A stretch of 64,000 nt of DNA from Acidimicrobiia bacterium (GCA_035544575.1 DATKEC010000117.1:11865-75864), one strand, 5' to 3'; counted from the first letter of the stretch, positions 1 to 10,228 are shown. The notes: a model not told the origin generated them from the sequence alone. Translations and numbers: made by a program.

Positions 1-537
1 GTCGACCTCGGGCGTTCGTCCACCAATCTTGAACTTCATCCCCACCATCCCGTGGCCCACGAAGGCCTCGATCTCCTGCTCGATCGAAGGAAATCCCGGC
101 TCTTCGTAATAGCCGCCGATCCCGATCATGGGGATCGCCGCCCGGAAGCCCCCCCACAATCTGAACAGCGGCTGCCCATGGAACTTTCCGAGCGCGTCCC
201 AAACGGCGGAGTCCACGCATGCGATCGCCTGCATCGCCAGTCTCCGGTCGCGCAGTTGGTCGCGCGTGATCACGCTCATCGCTTCCCAGATCTGCTCATA
301 GTCGAGAATGCTGATTCCGGTGACGAGCGGAATCAGTTCGCGAGAGATTATCTCTAGAACTTCGAGCTGTTCGTCACCGTCGGTATCCGCGTTATAGATC
401 TCGCCCACAACCCCATCGGTCGTACGCAACTTCGTGATGATGGTGCACCGATTCGGCATACTGTAGAAACTCCCCTTATACGTACGATCCAAGGGAACTC
501 GAATAGGTGTGGTCTCAATCGATTCGATCTCGAGCAT
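1..537 (-). CDS. Enolase superfamily (mandelate racemase/muconate lactonizing enzyme family) protein; partial, C-terminus lies beyond the window start.
   Basis: I translated the minus strand myself: ATG at 537..535 preceded by an AGGAGA Shine-Dalgarno. The N-terminus MLEIESIETTPIRVPLDRTY...GIGGYYEEPG...KFKIGG is typical of the MR/MLE N-terminal and barrel start. It is not in the ORF track because no stop falls in the window. Confidence 0.6.
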   Translation of the reverse strand, partial: MLEIESIETTPIRVPLDRTYKGSFYSMPNRCTIITKLRTTDGVVGEIYNADTDGDEQLEVLEIISRELIPLVTGISILDYEQIWEAMSVITRDQLRDRRLAMQAIACVDSAVWDALGKFHGQPLFRLWGGFRAAIPMIGIGGYYEEPGFPSIEQEIEAFVGHGMVGMKFKIGGRTPEVD

Positions 538-606
538 GCTGTCTCCTGGGTGCTTCGGTACTCGTTCACTGGACGGCTCAAGACCGACTCCGTCAGAACC
601 TCGGAT

Positions 607-2901
607 TCACGTTGGCCGGGGGGATTGGGGAAGAAGAAAGGGTTTCGGATCTGCGAATCGCTCGAGGACGTTTTGTGTGACTCGGGCGACATTGTTCTCA
701 TAGCGGTTGTGGGCCAGACTGCCCGACCAGGCGATCGATCCGACGGAGAAGACAGCCCCACCATCGTCGGTCTCGAAGAACACCATGTCCGCTCGGATGC
801 GATCAGGTGCGTCGTGAGCCACCGGCAGTCGGTCCGCTATCGACGTCAATGCGAGGTCGAAGATGTTCGAATGCCCCTCCGACGACGCCAGCACGACGGC
901 GTGTGACGGCGTTCCAAGCCCCGGATCGGCTCGGTCGATCTCATAGCCCGCGGCGCCATTCATCAAAAGGCCGAAGTCACCGATCACATCGTCGGGAACC
1001 CCTTCGAACACGAAGGCGGTACGTTCGTCGCTGTCGCGGCCGTCCCCCGTCCGACGCCGATAGCCGGCCGATTCGTCGAAACCCTGGGTGATGAACCCGA
1101 CGCCCGTGAGAAGATGCGGCGCTCGTCCCAGCCCGCTCCAAGTACCGGCCATCTCGCCCGTGAATGCGAGGTGACCCTGGGCGGCGTCAGCCGCCCAGAG
1201 CATGGGGGCGTCGGGACGCCGCACCTCGACCACGCCATGAATGCCAGGGTGGAATGCGATCCTGGCATAGAACCCGTTACCGCCGATGTACATCAGCCGC
1301 CCACCCGAACGGACGTGTTCGTCCACGGCGTCGAGCATCTTGGTGCTGACGTACTCGGGGTGTGAACCGGTCAGAACGACCCTGTATCCGGCGAGGGCCG
1401 AGATCCCTCCGCGATCGATGTCCTCGTCGGTGACCACGTCGTAGCTGACTCCAGTTTGTTCCAGCCACGCCACGATCAGCATGTCCTGGCAGAACTTGTA
1501 GATGCGACCTTCTGGTCTGAAGTTGGTGACCGGTTGGCGGAGCGTGGCGTGCACCACTGTGCTCCCGTCCGAATGAGTGTCGTACGTCGACAGCCCGAGC
1601 GGTTGGTCGAGCAACAAGAGGTCGGTGTCGTCGAGGACAGTCAGACGTCCCTGCATCAACTCGACGACCTGGGCTGTGACCCGCATCCTGAGGTTGGCGT
1701 AGGCGGCGTAGGTGGCAGTAGGGAGAACGAACACGACCTCGGATCGTGCCGCGGCGGCACGTACGACGAAGGGGACCCAGAACACCGCGTCGCCCGCTGT
1801 GAACCTGCCGGCGTAACAGCCGCTGGGCCAATCCTCGGGCACGACCAGTTCGATGGATGTGTCCCAGTCGGCGTCGAGGAGGTCATCGTCGTGAAAGTGA
1901 ATTGCGCCGTACTCCTCGGATCTGACAGTCCAGTCTGCCGACGCCCCCGACCAGTTGGACCCACCGACCGCGCGGGTCGGGAGATTGCACACTTCGCCGT
2001 GGAGTCCACTGGCAGACGCATCGAACACGGCTTCACCCGAGATACCGTTCGAGAAATCCCAGTCGCCGATCGCGGAGTCAGCATTCCGAGTTGGGCCGAG
2101 CTCGGCCACCGCCTCCACCTCTTCCCGATCGAGGGGCCGTCCGAAGAGACGGGGCCGTTCGATCCTCCCGTTGAAGCAGTCGCGGGGAACCTGGCGACCA
2201 CGCTCGTCGACGACGAGATCGGCAGCCACCACCACCGGGCCCTCACCGAAGCGCAAACCGGCTTGGGAAGGCTGCACCGACCACGCCCAACCGGCCGGCT
2301 CGTAACGCGCAGACGGCATAGTCCACACACCGAATTCGAGCTGGCGGTCGTCACAGCTCACGGACACGAACGACCACCTTCCGGCGGGGACGGCGAGGCC
2401 GCTGTCGACGAGAACGGGCTTTGAGCCGTCCGAGCTGTGGTTGAGCCACAACCGGCCTCCGACCAGCACGAGCCGGCAGTGCCCACCCCCAGCAGACGCA
2501 GTTCCGACGACGGTCTGGACGCTCGCGAGTTCGTGACTGGGATGGAGGGTGACGCCCCACGTGAACGCATCCACGTCGGCGAGAGCCGCCGATGGAGGGA
2601 CGCGGACATAGGAACCCCGGTCGATCGGCTGACGGACTGCGGGATATTCGCCTCCGACAGCCGAATCCAGCACCTCGAAGTCAAAGGCTGGGACGTCCGG
2701 ACCCGGGCCCACGTTTGGAGCTCGCAGGCGACCAACGGCAGCCTCGACCGTCGGAACTCCGTCACAACTGACTTTGAATCCGATGGTCTCGCCCGGGCGG
2801 ACACTCCTCCGATCGGCGTAGGCCATCACGATTGGACTCGTCACGGGTCCTCCAGTTCCACGCCGAAGATCTCTTTCCAGCGCGCCCGGAACACATGCCA
2901 T
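607..2901 (-). CDS. Large-subunit-like protein of an N,N-dimethylformamidase-type two-subunit amidase (DmfA2-like, ThuA/GATase1-like domain). The start may be the internal ATG at 2826 (MAYADRRS...).
   Basis: 764-aa ORF with segments such as VVLTGSHPEYVSTKMLDAVDEHVRSGGRLMYIGGNGFY that match the DMFase beta family as I remember it. It is preceded and translationally coupled by a roughly 110-aa small-subunit-like ORF. Confidence 0.5.
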   Translation of the reverse strand: MACVPGALERDLRRGTGGPVTSPIVMAYADRRSVRPGETIGFKVSCDGVPTVEAAVGRLRAPNVGPGPDVPAFDFEVLDSAVGGEYPAVRQPIDRGSYVRVPPSAALADVDAFTWGVTLHPSHELASVQTVVGTASAGGGHCRLVLVGGRLWLNHSSDGSKPVLVDSGLAVPAGRWSFVSVSCDDRQLEFGVWTMPSARYEPAGWAWSVQPSQAGLRFGEGPVVVAADLVVDERGRQVPRDCFNGRIERPRLFGRPLDREEVEAVAELGPTRNADSAIGDWDFSNGISGEAVFDASASGLHGEVCNLPTRAVGGSNWSGASADWTVRSEEYGAIHFHDDDLLDADWDTSIELVVPEDWPSGCYAGRFTAGDAVFWVPFVVRAAAARSEVVFVLPTATYAAYANLRMRVTAQVVELMQGRLTVLDDTDLLLLDQPLGLSTYDTHSDGSTVVHATLRQPVTNFRPEGRIYKFCQDMLIVAWLEQTGVSYDVVTDEDIDRGGISALAGYRVVLTGSHPEYVSTKMLDAVDEHVRSGGRLMYIGGNGFYARIAFHPGIHGVVEVRRPDAPMLWAADAAQGHLAFTGEMAGTWSGLGRAPHLLTGVGFITQGFDESAGYRRRTGDGRDSDERTAFVFEGVPDDVIGDFGLLMNGAAGYEIDRADPGLGTPSHAVVLASSEGHSNIFDLALTSIADRLPVAHDAPDRIRADMVFFETDDGGAVFSVGSIAWSGSLAHNRYENNVARVTQNVLERFADPKPFLLPQSPRPT

Positions 2902-3182
2902 TCGGCGGCGATGATGTCGTGGAACACGAACTCGTCGAGCCGTTCAGCCCGAAGCGGCTCGGATTCGGTGAATCGGGCAAGGACCCACTTCGTGTGTGGT
3001 TCGACCATCCAAAGGAAGTAGCTTCCGGGGATCGGACCTCCCCGCATGTAGTCGAGGAGTGCCTGCAAATCGGCAGAGTGCCGGCCAAACGGGTGGGACC
3101 GAAACTCCGCAACGAGGTCCTGGCGGCTGCCGTCGACCCCAGCCGGGATGACGCGTAGCGGTGGTCGGTTGTCCGTCGGCAT
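2841..3182 (-). CDS. Small-subunit-like protein (DmfA1-like) of the N,N-dimethylformamidase-type amidase.
   Basis: 113-aa ORF immediately upstream of the large subunit, on the same strand, abutting or overlapping it. Size and position fit the alpha/beta DMFase architecture. I cannot verify the family from sequence alone. Confidence 0.4.
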   Translation of the reverse strand: MPTDNRPPLRVIPAGVDGSRQDLVAEFRSHPFGRHSADLQALLDYMRGGPIPGSYFLWMVEPHTKWVLARFTESEPLRAERLDEFVFHDIIAAEWHVFRARWKEIFGVELEDP

Positions 3183-3284
3183 GCAACCGATTCTAGGCAG
3201 ACTGAGACCGTTCCTGGAAACGTTTTTCGGCTACTCTCACCAACTAGTTTCCAATCCGTCTTCGACGGCCATGGGAGGACTGGC

Positions 3285-4409
3285 ATGAAGATCAAAACGG
3301 TCACACCGATCTCGGTGGCCTACCCGGAGCCAAACGACAACGGAGCCACCCGCTACCTGACGCTGTGCCGGATCGAGGCAGAGGACGGAACCGTGGGGTG
3401 GGGCGAGTCTGTGACGATGTGGCCGGCCGTGTGCAAGGCAGTCGAGGCGCTGATCGACGGCTACGCGGAACTCATCATCGGCGCGGATCCGACCGACAAT
3501 GTCGCGCTGTGGCATGCGATGCGCGACCACGGTTGGTGGTACGGCCATGGAGGCGGATTCGTCTCATTCGCCATAAGCGCCATCGACATCGCACTCTGGG
3601 ATCTGCGGGGCCGAATCACCGGCCAGTCATTGATCTCGATGCTCGGTGGAGCCCGCCAGGAGCGCCTCCCGGTGGCGGCGAGCACTCACGCCTCACGCGG
3701 CGATCTGCACGAGGAGGTGGGTCTCTACGCGAGCTACATCGAGGCTGGATTCCACGGCGTGAAGGTCGGCTTCGGGAAACGAGGCGACGCCAAACTCGGA
3801 TACGAGATCGACCGTGACCTGGAGTTCGCTCGGCTGTACCGGGCAGCGGTCGGCCCGGAGCCATGGCTGATGATCGATCGAGGTCAATCGTTGCATTGGG
3901 ATCTCGACCACGCCGTACGCCTCACCCAGGGCATGGAGGAGTACGGCCTGCGTTGGATGGAGGAGCCCTTCGAACCGCATGAGACGTCGAACTACAGGAC
4001 CTACCGTGAACGCGTCTCGACCATGATCGGCGCGGGCGAGCGAGAGTGGGATGAGCGCGGGTATCGGCGGGTCATCGATTCGGGTCTGGTCGACGTGATT
4101 GGATTCGACCCGGGCAGGGCCCAAGGCGTCACCGGCGGGGTCAACGTGATACGACTCGTCGAGTCGGCAGGACTCTGGTTCAACGCCCACGCCTGGAGCA
4201 GCGCCATCGTCACGAGCGCCAGCGTCGCCCTCTCGGCCTCGACCAATCGGGCACTGCTGCTCGAACTGAAAGCCGAACAAAATCCGATGCAGCACGATCT
4301 CGTCACCAACCCTCTGTCGCACACCGATGGTTGGATCTCGCCATCCGGCGGCCGAGGACTGGGAATCGAGATCGAAGAGGCGATCGTCGAGAAGTACAGA
4401 TTCCGGTGA
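3285..4409 (+). CDS. Enolase superfamily (MR/MLE family) dehydratase/racemase, paralog 1.
   Basis: 374 aa with N-terminus MKIKTVTPISVAYPEPNDNGATRYLTLCRIEAEDGTVGWGES. Clearly paralogous to the gene at 42960..44093. GGAGGA RBS upstream. Confidence 0.8.
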   Translation: MKIKTVTPISVAYPEPNDNGATRYLTLCRIEAEDGTVGWGESVTMWPAVCKAVEALIDGYAELIIGADPTDNVALWHAMRDHGWWYGHGGGFVSFAISAIDIALWDLRGRITGQSLISMLGGARQERLPVAASTHASRGDLHEEVGLYASYIEAGFHGVKVGFGKRGDAKLGYEIDRDLEFARLYRAAVGPEPWLMIDRGQSLHWDLDHAVRLTQGMEEYGLRWMEEPFEPHETSNYRTYRERVSTMIGAGEREWDERGYRRVIDSGLVDVIGFDPGRAQGVTGGVNVIRLVESAGLWFNAHAWSSAIVTSASVALSASTNRALLLELKAEQNPMQHDLVTNPLSHTDGWISPSGGRGLGIEIEEAIVEKYRFR

Positions 4410-4433
4410 GCGCGCCCGTCTCGACGGGGCAGG

Positions 4434-5300
4434 TCACCGCTTGCGCCGATACGGGTTGAGAAGGTCGCTCAGGGTGTCACCGAGCAACGTGAAGATCAGG
4501 ACGGTCACGAATATCGCACTCCCTGCGCCGACCGCAATCCACGGGTTCATCGACAGCAGCGTCTTCCCGGTGCCAAGCATGCGTCCCCATGATGGGGTGG
4601 GCGGCTGAACGCCGAGCCCGAGGAAGCTGAGCGCTGCTTCCGTGAGGACGGCGGTGGCGAACGTCAGCGTGAACTGCACCGTCGTGATCGAGACCAGATT
4701 GGGCAGGAGCGAGCGGGCCATGATGTAAAGATGGCTACCCCCGAGCGCCCGCGCCGCGAGGACGAACTCACTGCTCCGCAAGGACAGGGTCACCCCGCGG
4801 ACGAGGCGGGCGAAGCGGGGAATCTGAACGACCCCGATCGCGATGATCGTGTTCCTCAGGTTCGGCCCGAGTACCGCGACCGTGGCCATCGCCAGGATGA
4901 TGGGGGGGAACGCGAGCAGACCGTCGGTGACACGCATCGTCACGGTATCGACCAGCTTGCCGAAGTAGCCGCTCGCGATCCCCAGCGGAACACCAAACGC
5001 CACCGCAATCGCCGTCGCTCCGAACCCGACGTAGAGCGAGATGCGCGATCCGAAGATCACACGCGAGAAGACATCACGGCCAATCTCGTCGGTACCCAGC
5101 CAAAATTCCGAAGACGGCAGGTCGACAGCGAACCCGACCACGTCGGTGGCACCGTAAGGGGCGAGAGCGTCGGCGAAGACGGCCAGGGCGAGCAGCCCGA
5201 GCGCTGCGACCATCGTGAACAGGTGGAGCTTGTTGCCTACAAGTGCACGCCAGCGCCGGGCGCGGGCGGGCGTTGCGGCGGCGGAGCTACTGAGGGTCAT
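4434..5300 (-). CDS. Dpp/Opp-type ABC transporter permease (DppC-like).
   Basis: The real start is the internal ATG at 5300, which forms an ATGA overlap with the upstream permease stop. The protein has multiple TM-like hydrophobic stretches and the binding-protein-dependent permease signature region. Confidence 0.8.
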   Translation of the reverse strand: MTLSSSAAATPARARRWRALVGNKLHLFTMVAALGLLALAVFADALAPYGATDVVGFAVDLPSSEFWLGTDEIGRDVFSRVIFGSRISLYVGFGATAIAVAFGVPLGIASGYFGKLVDTVTMRVTDGLLAFPPIILAMATVAVLGPNLRNTIIAIGVVQIPRFARLVRGVTLSLRSSEFVLAARALGGSHLYIMARSLLPNLVSITTVQFTLTFATAVLTEAALSFLGLGVQPPTPSWGRMLGTGKTLLSMNPWIAVGAGSAIFVTVLIFTLLGDTLSDLLNPYRRKR

Positions 5301-6244
5301 GAGCGCGCGATCCTTGGATCGAGCCATGAGTAGGCGAGGTCGACGACCAGGTTCACGATGACGAAGGCTGCGGCCGAGACCAGCACCGCGACCTGGACCA
5401 CGTCGAATGCCCGCGTGAGTATCGACTGGATCATCAACCAACCGAGTCCGGGCCAGGTGAAGATCTGTTCGATCACGACCATGCCCCCCACCATGAGGCC
5501 GAAACTCACGCCGACTTCGGTGATTAGGGGAATCGAGGCGTTGCGGAGTGCATGGCGGTAGTTGATCCGGCGCGACTCCAGCCCCTTGGCCCGGGCGGTC
5601 CTGACGTAGTCGGCGTGTAAGACCTCGAGCATGCCCGCCCGCATGAAGCGGGTCAGCCTGGCCGCAGTGACGGTCCCGATCGTGATCACGGGCAGGACGA
5701 GCTGGCTCAGGTGGCGAAACGGATCCTGGGAGAACGGAACGTAACCTCCCGGCGGGAGGATCGGTAGCAGCTCCGCAAAAACGAGCAGCAGCGCGATGCC
5801 CAACACATAGGTCGGCATACTGAAACCGAGGGTGGCCAGCACGCGCGCAACGTGGTCCATCCAGGTGCCTTCACGTATCGCAGAGACCATGCCCAACGGA
5901 ACGGCGATGACCACAGCGAGGACGATCGAGATCACCGCCAGCTCCAGCGTTCGTCCGAGCGCCGGAAATACGAGACCCGCCACTTCGGCTCCACCGTGCG
6001 TGATGGACGTACCCAGGTCCCCGCGCACCAGGTTGCCCATCCAGCGGAAGTATTGCTCGACGAGCGGATCATCCAGGCCAAGCTCCGCCCGCAACGCGGC
6101 GTACGCCTCAGGGGGCGCGTCGAACCCCAACGTCATCGCCGCCGGATCTCCGGGCACGATTCGGAAGATGACGAACACTGCTGTCGCGACTATCCACATC
6201 ACCAGGAGGCCCTGGAGCACCCGGCGGAGTAGGTAGCGGCGCAT
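5297..6244 (-). CDS. Dpp/Opp-type ABC transporter permease (DppB-like).
   Basis: 315 aa starting MRRYLLRRVLQGLLVMWIVATAVFVIFRIVPGDP, a typical DppB N-terminus. Confidence 0.85.
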   Translation of the reverse strand: MRRYLLRRVLQGLLVMWIVATAVFVIFRIVPGDPAAMTLGFDAPPEAYAALRAELGLDDPLVEQYFRWMGNLVRGDLGTSITHGGAEVAGLVFPALGRTLELAVISIVLAVVIAVPLGMVSAIREGTWMDHVARVLATLGFSMPTYVLGIALLLVFAELLPILPPGGYVPFSQDPFRHLSQLVLPVITIGTVTAARLTRFMRAGMLEVLHADYVRTARAKGLESRRINYRHALRNASIPLITEVGVSFGLMVGGMVVIEQIFTWPGLGWLMIQSILTRAFDVVQVAVLVSAAAFVIVNLVVDLAYSWLDPRIARS

Positions 6245-7278
6245 CAGGAGCCAGATCCTGCGTTGGGTGGGAGCGGGCCTCGACGGGTTCCGCGAGCCGC
6301 TTCAGGACCGGGGAAGTGGCAGGCGACTCGTTGGGTCATTCCCTGACCCTGTACAAGGACAGGATCCTCGTCGGCACAAAGATCGACCGCACGCCAGCAC
6401 CTCGTTCTGAAGCGGCAACCGCTGGGTGGTTGCAGCGGATTGGGGAGATCGCCCTCGAGGACTATGCGGGTGCGCTTGCCGCCATCCAACCGGTGCGAGG
6501 GCACTGCGGACAGGAGCGCGTTCGTGTACGGATGCTGCGGGGCCGTGAACACGTCATCCCTCGTGCCGATCTCCACGATCTTGCCGAGGTACATCACCGC
6601 AACCCGGTCGGACACCTGACCAACCACTGACAGGTCATGCGCGATGAACAGATACGCCAAACCGAGCTGGTCCTTGAGATCCGCCAACAGGTTGAGGATC
6701 TGGGCCTGGATCGAGACGTCGAGAGCCGAGACGGGCTCGTCCAGGACGATCAGGGCCGGCTGCAAGGCCAACGCGCGCGCGATCGCGATGCGCTGTCGCT
6801 GTCCGCCCGAGAACTCGTGTGGGTAACGATCCAACGCCGCGAGCGGCAGCTGCACCAAGTCGAGAAGTTCGGGTGCGCGCCGAGCCGCCTCAGCGCGCCC
6901 CAGGCCGTGGATGCGAAACGGCTCGGCGAGGATTGCCCGAACACGAAACCGTGGGTTGAGCGAGGCGTAGGGATCCTGGAACACGATCTGGAAGTCGCGA
7001 CGGACCGGGCGCATGTCCCCGTGATCCAGCTCGGTGATGTCTCGACCTCGAAAGAAGATGCGGCCCGCAGCCGGGTCGACGAGTCGCATGATCGTGCGGC
7101 CCAGCGTCGACTTCCCGCATCCGGACTCACCGACGAGTCCCACTGTCTCACCCTCGGCGATCGTGAGTGAGGCTGAATCGACAGCGGTCAAAACCGCTAC
7201 TCCGTCGCCCCCCTGCCTTCTGACTGTGTAGCGGGTCGTGACTGACTCCACCTCGAGCAGGGCTCGTGACCCGGTCAT
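6244..7278 (-). CDS. Dpp/Opp-type ABC transporter ATP-binding protein (DppF-like).
   Basis: Walker A GESGCGKST and the LSGGQRQR signature are present. A C-terminal oligopeptide-ABC extension is also present. Confidence 0.9.
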   Translation of the reverse strand: MTGSRALLEVESVTTRYTVRRQGGDGVAVLTAVDSASLTIAEGETVGLVGESGCGKSTLGRTIMRLVDPAAGRIFFRGRDITELDHGDMRPVRRDFQIVFQDPYASLNPRFRVRAILAEPFRIHGLGRAEAARRAPELLDLVQLPLAALDRYPHEFSGGQRQRIAIARALALQPALIVLDEPVSALDVSIQAQILNLLADLKDQLGLAYLFIAHDLSVVGQVSDRVAVMYLGKIVEIGTRDDVFTAPQHPYTNALLSAVPSHRLDGGKRTRIVLEGDLPNPLQPPSGCRFRTRCWRAVDLCADEDPVLVQGQGMTQRVACHFPGPEAARGTRRGPLPPNAGSGS

Positions 7279-8315
7279 CGCCCACCACCGGTGGCTGCAC
7301 CCGGGTCACGCAAGCGCTCCCCAGCCCATATGACAGCCTCGGCCACGTAGTGACACTCCGCACGATGTCCGTCCCCCACCGTGTGGAGGTTCGGCGCCTC
7401 TTCGGCGCACAGGGCGCGGTCCGATCCGATCGCACACCGCGGACGGAACGAACATCCCTCGAGCTCGGAGTCGAGCCGGGGCGGCTGTCCGGGAATGGAG
7501 TAGAGACGCCGCTGCCGCCCCTCGATAGATGGGAGCGAGGCGAGCAGACCAATCGTGTAGGGGTGGCTCGGTCGAAGGAAGATGTCCTCGATCGTCCCCT
7601 GTTCGACGATTCGTCCTGCGTACATGACCGCTATGCGATCCGCTACCTGCGCAACGAGGCCGAGATCGTGTGTGATGAGGACGGTGGCTGCTCCGGTCTC
7701 CGCCTTCGCCGCCATGAGCACGTCGAGTACCTGAGCCTGGATCGTCACATCGAGCGCAGTAGTCGGCTCGTCGGCGATGAGCAGCTTCGGTCGGTTGGCA
7801 ATGGCCATCGCGATCATCGCCCGCTGCCGCATTCCGCCCGAGAACTCGTGAGGGAACTGGTGGTAGCGGCGCTCGGGTTGGGGGATCCCGACGAGTGCGA
7901 GTAGCTCGATGGCGCGTGCCCGATGAAGGTCGTCGTCGATATGGCGTGCGTGGGTCCACATGGCCTCGCGCAGCTGCTCACCGACCTTGATCACGGGATT
8001 CAACGACGTCATCGGATCCTGGAACACGACCGCCACGTCGCTTCCGCGGATGGAACGGAGTTGGTCTGCATCGAGAGAGAGCAGGTCGCGGCCCTCGAAC
8101 AGAGCTCGTCCGGAGACGATCCGCGCCGGTGGAGAAGGGACGAGCCCGAGCAGGGAGAGCACGGTCACCGTCTTGCCCGAGCCCGACTCGCCCACGATCC
8201 CGACCATCTCCCCGGGAAAGACCGTGAAGGACACCCCGTTGACGGCGTTGACCGTCCGATTGTCGGACTCGAATCGGACGCGCAGGTCGTCCACTTCAAG
8301 TAGCGGTGTCGTCAT
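7275..8315 (-). CDS. Dpp/Opp-type ABC transporter ATP-binding protein (DppD-like).
   Basis: Walker A GESGSGKT and signature FSGGMRQR. It forms an ATGA overlap with the downstream ATPase. Confidence 0.9.
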   Translation of the reverse strand: MTTPLLEVDDLRVRFESDNRTVNAVNGVSFTVFPGEMVGIVGESGSGKTVTVLSLLGLVPSPPARIVSGRALFEGRDLLSLDADQLRSIRGSDVAVVFQDPMTSLNPVIKVGEQLREAMWTHARHIDDDLHRARAIELLALVGIPQPERRYHQFPHEFSGGMRQRAMIAMAIANRPKLLIADEPTTALDVTIQAQVLDVLMAAKAETGAATVLITHDLGLVAQVADRIAVMYAGRIVEQGTIEDIFLRPSHPYTIGLLASLPSIEGRQRRLYSIPGQPPRLDSELEGCSFRPRCAIGSDRALCAEEAPNLHTVGDGHRAECHYVAEAVIWAGERLRDPGAATGGGR

Positions 8316-8361
8316 CGGCTCACAGTCTCCGGCCGTGCTGCGGGTTGGTCATCCGTAGAGT

Positions 8362-8396
8362 CCGGGGTTTGGCACCGATTCGGCGCCAAACCCCGG
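8362..8396. promoter_or_regulatory. Strong GC-rich hairpin (about 16-bp stem, 1 mismatch, 3-nt loop) between the SBP gene and the first ATPase gene of operon 1.
   Basis: The sequence ccggggtttggcaccg att cggcgccaaaccccgg was read directly. No U-tract follows, so this is probably an intra-operon mRNA processing or stabilising element rather than an intrinsic terminator. Confidence 0.55.
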
Positions 8397-8408
8397 ACCC
8401 GGACCGGT

Positions 8409-9977
8409 TCAGCCGGACAACGATACGTTCGTCAGGAACAAATGACCCTGTGTGTGGGCGATGAGTCCCGCAACGGATGCGGCCGTCGTCACCGGCGAGA
8501 GTCGGCCGCCGAGCACGATCTCAGGCTGACCTTCCATCGCCATTGCTTGTAGCTCCAGAATGGCGTTCCGGTAATCCTCGTCGCTCGGCATGGAACGCGC
8601 CTCGGTGAGCAGGTCGTAGAACTCCGGCCGCTGATCGATCCACCCGAGCGCCTCGGTGAACAGTTTGTTGTACGGGTGCGAGAGCAGGTCGTACTCGTCG
8701 GGCTTCGGAACCATGGCGCACAGCGCGAGATCGAAGTTGCCGGCGTCGTCGCCCAACGTGCGTGCCACGTACGTCCCTACATCGAGAACGCTGATCGTGA
8801 TGTCGATCCCGACCTCGGCGAGTTGGCTCTGCACCGCTTGAGCCAGTGTCTCGAACTGGAACCCCAGGCCACACACGATCATCTCGCCGCCTTCGACTCC
8901 ATCGGAGAACCCGGCCTCTGCCACCAGCGCCTGCGCCGTCTCGAGGTCGCGCTCGTTGTAAGAAGCGGCATCGGCGTTGAAGAAGGCCGGGTTGGCCTCC
9001 ATCGGGTTCGACAACACCTGCATGAAGCCGAACAGGCTGCGCGAGAGCGCCTGCCGGTCGAGTGCGTTGCTGACTGCCTGTCGAAGCTCCTGATTGTCCC
9101 ACGGAGCACGACGCGTGTTGATGTGGAAGTGATACAGACCCGAGTTGAACCCCTCCGGAGGCGTCAGAATCTGAAGTCCGGCCTGCTGCAGGGTGGCGAT
9201 CTCTCCGAGCGGCGTGTCCGCCAGCACCTGAACCTCGTTCGTCCGGATCTGCAGGGACTGCACGGTTCCGTCGGGGACCGTGCGATAGATCACGCCGTCC
9301 AGGTATGGGAGGCCATCCTGCCAGTAGTCGGGATTCCGCTCGACTTCGACCTGTTGGTTCCGCTCCCAGGACACGAACTTGAACGGACCGGTGCCCACGG
9401 GTGTCTCGGCGAGGTCGATCGTCGTGTCTTGTGGTGAGATGTAGACGTCCACCATCGTGCTCAGCAGAACCCGATCAGGTTCTGAGAGACGGATCTCCAC
9501 GGTCCGATCGTCGACGGCGACAGTCTCCGTCACACGGGCCAGCAGCGGTGCGGTTCGACCCGCCTCCGGTTCTGTCGCCCGGCCCATCGAAGCCACAACG
9601 TCCTCGGCGTCGAACTCAGACCCATCGTGGAAGACGACGTCATCCCGCAGGTTGAACGTCCACACCAGACCGTCCGCGGATGCGGACCAGTCCGTGGCGA
9701 GGCTTCCCACGATTTCATAGCTCGTGAGATCGAACTCGACGAGGGTGTCGTAGATGTTCGTGATGATGTTCCGGTCGTTCGTCGAACCGAAACGGTTCGG
9801 GTGAAGACCCGTCGGGTCGGCCGACTGGGCGATGACCAGGACGCCACCCGCGGTCGGCTCGGACGGTCCCGATCCGGTCGTGGTGGTGGCATCGTCTTCG
9901 CCACCGACACTGCTGCAAGCAGTGACGATCATCGCCAACGCCAAGAGCAGGGCCATCGAAGCTCGTATCCGCTGCAC
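8409..9977 (-). CDS. ABC transporter substrate-binding lipoprotein, family 5 (DppA/OppA-like).
   Basis: 522 aa with an N-terminal signal peptide and lipobox (MIVTAC). It is the first gene of the operon. Confidence 0.85.
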   Translation of the reverse strand: MQRIRASMALLLALAMIVTACSSVGGEDDATTTTGSGPSEPTAGGVLVIAQSADPTGLHPNRFGSTNDRNIITNIYDTLVEFDLTSYEIVGSLATDWSASADGLVWTFNLRDDVVFHDGSEFDAEDVVASMGRATEPEAGRTAPLLARVTETVAVDDRTVEIRLSEPDRVLLSTMVDVYISPQDTTIDLAETPVGTGPFKFVSWERNQQVEVERNPDYWQDGLPYLDGVIYRTVPDGTVQSLQIRTNEVQVLADTPLGEIATLQQAGLQILTPPEGFNSGLYHFHINTRRAPWDNQELRQAVSNALDRQALSRSLFGFMQVLSNPMEANPAFFNADAASYNERDLETAQALVAEAGFSDGVEGGEMIVCGLGFQFETLAQAVQSQLAEVGIDITISVLDVGTYVARTLGDDAGNFDLALCAMVPKPDEYDLLSHPYNKLFTEALGWIDQRPEFYDLLTEARSMPSDEDYRNAILELQAMAMEGQPEIVLGGRLSPVTTAASVAGLIAHTQGHLFLTNVSLSG

Positions 9978-10066
9978 TAAGTACCTCCTCGGAGTGTCAA
10001 CCTCGGGTGTCGATGTCGGGCGACCGACGGTCAGTTGATGTCAGACCGATCACCCGCTGTGAAATC

Positions 10067-10087
10067 GGAATCGTGGGAAACGATTCC
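10067..10087. promoter_or_regulatory. Candidate operator: GGAATCG-n7-CGATTCC inverted repeat.
   Basis: The sequence ggaatcgtgggaaacgattcc lies in the 316-bp divergent region between the SBP gene and the CoA-transferase gene. Confidence 0.35.
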
Positions 10088-10186
10088 AACCGCGCCGACA
10101 ATAGCGACGCTCCGAGCTGGCCGTCAACACATCGGAGCGAGACACCGCAGACGGACGTCATCCAGCGCCCGTCTGCGCCACTCACT

Positions 10187-10202
10187 CCGGAATCGATTCT
10201 GG
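10187..10202. promoter_or_regulatory. Candidate operator: near-perfect 16-bp palindrome CCGGAATCGATTCTGG.
   Basis: Read directly from the sequence. Same motif family as the other boxes in this window. Confidence 0.4.
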
Positions 10203-10228
10203 CGTTGTCCGTTCGGCGATTGCTGGGA

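Noticed and set aside
1456-2424. 322-aa plus-strand ORF and several 100-230-aa ORFs inside 607..2901
   Set aside because: They are antisense or alternate-frame to the long DMFase-like gene, with low-complexity translations and no RBS.
8676-9437. 253-aa plus-strand ORF inside the SBP gene
   Set aside because: It is antisense to a well-supported family 5 SBP with a signal peptide and lipobox.
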